Positions 58,083-62,928 of a stretch of DNA of 62,928 nt are shown one piece after another. The notes beneath the pieces were generated by a model. That model was not told the origin of the DNA. It made no database searches and worked only from the letters and a program-made list of their open reading frames with translations. The stretch comes from Candidatus Omnitrophota bacterium (GTDB lineage: Bacteria; Omnitrophota; Gorgyraeia; 1-14-0-20-64-10), in the NCBI GenBank assembly GCA_016201735.1, contig JACQCH010000002.1:1-62928 (forward strand). Direction: 5' to 3'. Every line of letters begins with the position of its first letter. Position 1 is the first letter of the stretch. The translations under genes were made by a program, and so were the position numbers.

Positions 58083-58111
58083 AGTATATAACCTACGAGT
58101 TATATTTTCAA
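58083..58111 (-). promoter_or_regulatory. Putative promoter/operator of the toxin-antitoxin pair
   Basis: RNA-sense TTGAAA, 17 nt, then TATACT. The -10 ends 7 nt before the toxin ATG and there is no SD. The palindrome TATATAAC/GTTATAT overlaps the spacer. Confidence 0.45.
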
Positions 58112-58130
58112 GAAAAAAATAGGGAGGATT

Positions 58131-61100
58131 TTACGCGTAGAGGTAAAGCTTGCGCTGGCCGGCCTTCTCTTCGACCTCGAAGCCGAGAACGATCCCTCCG
58201 GCCTGCCGGATCGCCGCCAGCACGACGGCCAGATCCCGGGGGGTATTCCTCAACTTGTCGAGCGCGGACAAAACAGCCGGAGTCATCACGATACCGGGGG
58301 TCTTGCGGCCTTCGAGAATCTTAGTCCACGCTTCAACGTCATCCCCGGCAACTTTCGGGTCAACGAGCGCAAGATCTGTCGCCCCAGCGTTTTTGCCCGC
58401 GAGAAAACCTTCCGCTTCCTTTAGACCAGGCGGCAAGGGCAAGGTCTCACGAACCAGTTCCCGTTCCCGCCACACCGCCGGAACAATCTCCTCACCATGT
58501 GTAAAAATCCGGCCAATGGCGGCGACAGCCGCTGGATTGATATCGCTCAATTGATTCAAATCAATCTCAAGGGTTATCTTCTTTCCCGCCGCCACATTTA
58601 AGTTGGGTATAACCTGGTCATCCGCCAGCTCGGTTCCATTCTTAAAGAGTCCTTCGTACTGGGTGGTCGCAGCCGCGATCCGCGCCTCCACTTCCTCCAA
58701 ACCGGCAGATAGCTTTTCCACCACCTTGGTCTTCCCTTCATCATCAATCTCGATGATCTTAAGAACCCGTTTAGCCGCCTCCTTGGCACCTTTGTCTTTG
58801 TAAGTTTTCAGGAATTCATCGAATTGGTCCTTCTCCATGATCAGGACGGCACGTCCAACCGTCTCTTTCCCTTTAAAGGGAGATCGATCGACTGTCTTGA
58901 CCGTCACGCGGCCTTTCGTGCTCACACGATGCATGGCTTTACGATTATCAAAGGGTTGAATATACCAACTGTCTGTTTTAATAAACGGAACCCCAACGAG
59001 TTCTTTCCCGACCAGCTCTTTGGGAAGGAGAAGGTCCAGGGTAATTTCCAACGCGGTAAATTTCGTCGCCTTATCGTCCTTGACACCAAACTCTTTGGCC
59101 GGCTGAATCGGTTTCCCAGGCATTTCGGATTTAGCCCGGACAATGACGGTGAGAATCCGGTGAGCCGTCACAGGACTGGCCGTATGGATGTAAACCCCTC
59201 CCACACGATCTCGGTCGTCTTTCATGGCCTTGTAAGCTTCAAGCAAAGCCGGACCAATTTCAGTCTCCTTGCCGAAGAAACTCGGAGTACCTACTTCCTT
59301 CTCGGGAATTGTCTCCACGCCAATCTGGAAGGTCACCTTCTCTTCTTTCGTCCGCGCGCGCACAGTCTCAGAGACATCCGCTATCCCTTTTGCTGTATCT
59401 CGATAGGTCATCGCAGCGATCTCGGTTTTTTCAAGAGTACGCAATCCCTTTACCGTAACACCACTGTCAGTTTTATGATCATTCTCATACCAAAAAGGCT
59501 CAAAGCGGGTCAGGAGAGGTCCTCTGACCACGCTCTTTCCGTCCGGGTGCCGCTTTTGGCGGGCAAACGCCTGAACTCGTGGCAGGATGACACCTTCAAG
59601 CAAATCCATGTAACCTTTCAAGTCGCCTTTCCACCCTTTTTGAGTATAGGGTTCAATATCCGTTGCAAAAGCGATTTGAAGTTTGCCTAAGTTGAGCCGG
59701 GCTAGCCTGACTGTTAAATCCTGATAGTGGCTGGCGACAAATAGTCGGTTTTCAGCCCAATCATGATTTCCATCGATGAAGCCCAAGGTCTTCAAACCTG
59801 CTTGGGAAGCCTGGGTGAGCAGCGCTTGCTGTTGCTGAGCTGTAAGCTGCCGAAAACGGAATCCGCTGATCCAGACGACGTCTACACCTGTTTTAACCGC
59901 TAGTGAGAAGAAATCCTTGAGACGAAACAAATCTCTGGGATCCCAAATAATAATTCCGAGTTGTTTATCTGTTCCTAATTCCTTCCGTAAATCCGCCAGA
60001 GCGCCTACTGGACCTGTGCTTATCTGGGCTTGAGCCAAGCCATAAAATTCAGGAACCAACGTTGCTGTAATCCCGCCCGCTGCAGCAGCTTTTAAGAAAT
60101 TACGTCGAGATATACCATAACCGGTACGCTCCTCCAAACCGGCGGCATTGGATTTGGAACGGGACCACTCTTCAACATATCCCATGTTGTCCCGGTAATG
60201 ATTGCGCGAACCGGTCAGGATCATGGAGACATCCGGATTGTTCAACAGTCTGAAATAACTTTCCTTTTCGGTGATGGACCGGTCGCCTTTGCGGATGACC
60301 GAGTTGAGCACAATGGCCTTGCCATCCGCCCGAAGCGCCCGAACCAGATCGGGACGTTTCAGAAAGACAGGGCCGGGCATCTGGATAACATCGAAAGGAG
60401 AAAGCAGATTCTCCCGAACGGCTTCCTCCAGCACCTCCTCTCCAGAGATGGAAGCCCCGAGGAACCGGATCCCTCCATGTCTTTCTTTCTTCATCCGAAC
60501 CATTTCGTCCACGATGGGATGATCCCGAAAAACATCAGCCGTGGCACCGCCCACCATGTGGATATAGAGAAGGTCGATCCTGCCCAGATATTTCATGCTT
60601 TGGGCAACCGATTCTTGCAGATTGGAGACCGAGTAATCGGACCGGAACTTCCACTGATCCTTAATTTCTTTCGAAGAATCGTAGGTCTGTTGTTCTCCCC
60701 ATTTCGTGGCGATGAAGGCCCTTTTGAATCTTTCTGGCCGCGATCGAAAATACTCGCCCAGCTTCTCTTCTGTGAAGCCATACGAAGCGGCGGTATCAAT
60801 CATCACCACCCCATTTCGATTCGGCACTCGATCAAATACCTGATCCAGATACGCATCGATCTCCTGCTTCTCTGGATAGGTATAGGAAGCAATGTTATCT
60901 GGTGTCCATGGCCGGCCCATCCAAATGGTTCCAGCCCCCAGAACATGAAACTGAAGGCCGGTCCCACCAAATTCCCGAATCACTCCCTCCTCCAGGCCGG
61001 CTTCTTTTTTCGGCGCGGGCACAACTTCGGTCATGTGGGCCTCTTGATCGATGAGATAGAATTTATCATCAACCACCATAAGGACTTCTTTCTGATCCGG

Positions 61101-62672
61101 GCTCAATCCACGAATCACCGTCTCATCCACTGTAAATTTCGGCGGCGGGATGGGTCGGCCTTCTCTTTCAAGGCGCTCTCTAAAAATGATACCTATGTCC
61201 TGTTTAAAATGAATAACGGGGACGTAGTCTTGATCCTGAGGATGAAGACGCATCATCACAGTCACGATCGAACGATCCCGGGACATGGCACGCGAAACCC
61301 TGCCAGACAAGGGATGCGCTCTCCTCCCTTCAAGACTCATCACATCCTTCTCTGAAAAGACTGGAGCCACGACGCCGGTAGCAGAGTAGAGTACGGCAGC
61401 CGCTGTCTCGGCATCGTCTGCCGTACGAATCGGCTTGAATTTATTCAGAGAAACTGGAACAGGAGCTGGCGCCGCTGGGAGAGGGGGAGCGGGTCGTTTG
61501 GGCGACAGCACGAAGACAGTCCCATCTTTTTCAATATCCAAAATAAGTCGCACTCCCGATACGTTTGCAATAATCTCATCGAGGGGTAACCCTCTGGCAG
61601 ATGCGGAATAGAGCATTTCCCCCTCTGCAGGGGTGTTTGCGACGACAACAATGCGCCGCTCTATCACGTACCAGCTCTCATCCGGATCCTTTTCCAACCC
61701 TCTCGGCACCTCAAACGACACAACGCCGTCCCCCGGCGTTCGGCGCGGAAAAGGTCGCCTCACCGTCCATCTTTGATCACCCGGCCTGTCCCTGGGAGGA
61801 CGTAAACCGTAGACGGGGTTCGACAGGAAACCGTTCGGAAACCGCACGGTAAGGTCTCCTGAATTTTGATCCACAACCGCCTTAAAAAGAGGCGAGGGGG
61901 AAGAGTCGAAGCCCGGGATCCGAACTGCAGGAACTGCCGGTCTGGAAAGCTTATTGTAGGTAGCGAGACCAGCGACAGTGGCGGTTGCTCCAACTGCAGT
62001 TCCAACGGCACCCGCCAGCAATTCCCTCCGCGTAATTCCCTTCTCCTCCTCCATCCCGGCGGCGGGCGGGGCATCCCCGAGCGAACGACCTATGATGGTT
62101 GCGAAGGTCCGGTCCCTCGGTATGAGTCGGCTGTCGCCACCGACGATGGTGATGGTCAGGTCGAACAGCGTCGGCTTGTATTCGGCGATCAGTTTGTCCA
62201 GATCCTTGAACCCCTCCCACGGCCTATTCAAGGCGAACGACGTACCACCATCCACTTCCCCTGACTCGTCGTGGTAGACGAATCCCCAAGGCAGGTAACT
62301 GCTCAACTCAGCCTTCAGCTCCGAGACGCTGATCCCCGATTTCTCGAAGAGGACTTCCTCCCCGCCGGCGGTGGATGATGGACTCGACAAGGGGCTTAGA
62401 ACAGGCCGGATTGGAGCCGCCGAAGTGGAAGGGAGGCCAAGGGTAGCGCTGGCAAGATGGATAGCAGCTTTCCCGAAATCGTCAGGGTTGCCGGAACGGA
62501 GAGCTTGCTCTAAACCGGATAAAACCCCTTGTTCCTCCTCGGAAGGTTCCTGATTCCGCAGGGCCCCTCGGCTGAGCTCGGGGTAAACTCCGGCAGGGTT
62601 TGGCAGACCAAGCGCGAGGGATAAGGAAAGGGCTGTGAAACGGGTTATCAATCTTGGGTAACGGTTGTTCAC
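58131..62672 (-). CDS. 1513-aa modular protein: signal/TM N-terminus, five modules joined by A-G-(L/M)-E-E, central aldo-keto reductase module
   Basis: Single uninterrupted frame. Module 560-845 has AKR motifs (GTGLQF, DTAASYG, ATKWG, LLYIHMV). RRELLAG.. and SRRNFLKAAAAGG are Tat-signal-like segments at aa ~214 and ~855. GTG start; lower GC than neighbours. Confidence 0.75.
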   Translation of the reverse strand: MNNRYPRLITRFTALSLSLALGLPNPAGVYPELSRGALRNQEPSEEEQGVLSGLEQALRSGNPDDFGKAAIHLASATLGLPSTSAAPIRPVLSPLSSPSSTAGGEEVLFEKSGISVSELKAELSSYLPWGFVYHDESGEVDGGTSFALNRPWEGFKDLDKLIAEYKPTLFDLTITIVGGDSRLIPRDRTFATIIGRSLGDAPPAAGMEEEKGITRRELLAGAVGTAVGATATVAGLATYNKLSRPAVPAVRIPGFDSSPSPLFKAVVDQNSGDLTVRFPNGFLSNPVYGLRPPRDRPGDQRWTVRRPFPRRTPGDGVVSFEVPRGLEKDPDESWYVIERRIVVVANTPAEGEMLYSASARGLPLDEIIANVSGVRLILDIEKDGTVFVLSPKRPAPPLPAAPAPVPVSLNKFKPIRTADDAETAAAVLYSATGVVAPVFSEKDVMSLEGRRAHPLSGRVSRAMSRDRSIVTVMMRLHPQDQDYVPVIHFKQDIGIIFRERLEREGRPIPPPKFTVDETVIRGLSPDQKEVLMVVDDKFYLIDQEAHMTEVVPAPKKEAGLEEGVIREFGGTGLQFHVLGAGTIWMGRPWTPDNIASYTYPEKQEIDAYLDQVFDRVPNRNGVVMIDTAASYGFTEEKLGEYFRSRPERFKRAFIATKWGEQQTYDSSKEIKDQWKFRSDYSVSNLQESVAQSMKYLGRIDLLYIHMVGGATADVFRDHPIVDEMVRMKKERHGGIRFLGASISGEEVLEEAVRENLLSPFDVIQMPGPVFLKRPDLVRALRADGKAIVLNSVIRKGDRSITEKESYFRLLNNPDVSMILTGSRNHYRDNMGYVEEWSRSKSNAAGLEERTGYGISRRNFLKAAAAGGITATLVPEFYGLAQAQISTGPVGALADLRKELGTDKQLGIIIWDPRDLFRLKDFFSLAVKTGVDVVWISGFRFRQLTAQQQQALLTQASQAGLKTLGFIDGNHDWAENRLFVASHYQDLTVRLARLNLGKLQIAFATDIEPYTQKGWKGDLKGYMDLLEGVILPRVQAFARQKRHPDGKSVVRGPLLTRFEPFWYENDHKTDSGVTVKGLRTLEKTEIAAMTYRDTAKGIADVSETVRARTKEEKVTFQIGVETIPEKEVGTPSFFGKETEIGPALLEAYKAMKDDRDRVGGVYIHTASPVTAHRILTVIVRAKSEMPGKPIQPAKEFGVKDDKATKFTALEITLDLLLPKELVGKELVGVPFIKTDSWYIQPFDNRKAMHRVSTKGRVTVKTVDRSPFKGKETVGRAVLIMEKDQFDEFLKTYKDKGAKEAAKRVLKIIEIDDEGKTKVVEKLSAGLEEVEARIAAATTQYEGLFKNGTELADDQVIPNLNVAAGKKITLEIDLNQLSDINPAAVAAIGRIFTHGEEIVPAVWRERELVRETLPLPPGLKEAEGFLAGKNAGATDLALVDPKVAGDDVEAWTKILEGRKTPGIVMTPAVLSALDKLRNTPRDLAVVLAAIRQAGGIVLGFEVEEKAGQRKLYLYA

Positions 62673-62737
62673 TATTTATCCGAACGGGTTCTTTCTCCTG
62701 GGAGACTTCGTCAGTCCTTATTTTACGCCTACTGCTA

Positions 62738-62766
62738 AAGATACCTGACGAGAGACCGATTGTCAA
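62738..62766 (-). promoter_or_regulatory. Putative sigma70-type promoter of the giant ORF
   Basis: RNA-sense TTGACA, 17 nt, then TATCTT, about 65 nt upstream of the GTG at 62672. Confidence 0.45.
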
Positions 62767-62790
62767 GGATTATTGAAAATTTAGTTAACT

Positions 62791-62928
62791 CACGACTCAT
62801 GCAAATTGATGGATGGCCATGAGATTATCCGCTTTCTGCAACCTGGAGTTTGGGATGCCCGTACAAGGTAGACAGCAGGATCTCTGTGGAGATTCCCGAC
62901 TGAGCCACTCGGATCACCCAGAGAATCA
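62791..62928. repeat. Right arm of the 138-bp terminal inverted repeat
   Basis: Exact reverse complement of 1-138. It contains an ATG (62813) opening a frame (MAMRLSAFCNLEFGMPVQGRQQDLCGDSRLSHSDHPEN..) that runs off the window. Confidence 0.9.

Noticed and set aside
58131-62672. Giant ORF as an artefact of missing stop codons (recoded genetic code or assembly error)
   Set aside because: All neighbouring genes terminate normally with TGA/TAA/TAG, so there is no sign of stop-codon reassignment. The four junctions share the same in-frame 15-nt motif, which random loss of stops would not produce. An assembly error cannot be fully excluded without reads.
1-62928. CRISPR arrays, rRNA genes, integrases/transposases, prophage genes
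   Set aside because: I scanned for regularly spaced direct repeats, rRNA signatures and recombinase motifs and found none inside the window. The only candidate mobile-gene fragment is the truncated outward-facing frame in the terminal repeats.

Overview
GC-rich bacterial chromosomal segment in which every gene I can support lies on the minus strand. It carries a nearly uninterrupted translation/transcription super-cluster: tRNA-Thr/Tyr/Gly/Thr-tuf, rpmG, tRNA-Trp, secE-nusG-rplKAJL-rpoBC, rpsLG-fusA, then S10-spc-alpha (rpsJ to rplQ). This is flanked by lipid/glycolipid, lipoate/Lpd, aminotransferase, folate/one-carbon (fhs-fchA-folD-panB), cdaA, folP, ftsH, tilS and mnmA genes. Gene spacing is extremely tight, with many ATGA/TAATG/GTGA overlaps. 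Almost every long intergenic gap turns out to be a copy of a repeat family. (1) A MITE with 14-nt TIRs and a TGA target duplication sits precisely in stop/start overlaps and rebuilds stop, SD and a GTG start (4 copies). (2) A 144-nt element without TIRs has 2 copies, upstream of rplW and rplJ. (3) A 274-nt element with 25-bp TIRs and a TA duplication lies between rplB and rpsS. (4) A family of long-hairpin elements has 3-4 copies. The canonical tRNA-tuf operon is split by a visibly AT-richer islet with two ORFs. The right end carries a lower-GC block with a toxin-antitoxin pair and a 1513-codon modular ORF. That ORF's five protein-sized modules are joined by a recurring GCCGGNNTGGAGGAG (A-G-L/M-E-E) junction, and two junctions are followed by twin-arginine-signal-like segments. 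The window itself ends in a perfect 138-bp terminal inverted repeat. All calls come from reading the sequence and the ORF track and from remembered family motifs. No searches or folding programs were run. Hand-derived coordinates (tRNAs, repeats, trimmed starts) may be off by 1-3 nt.
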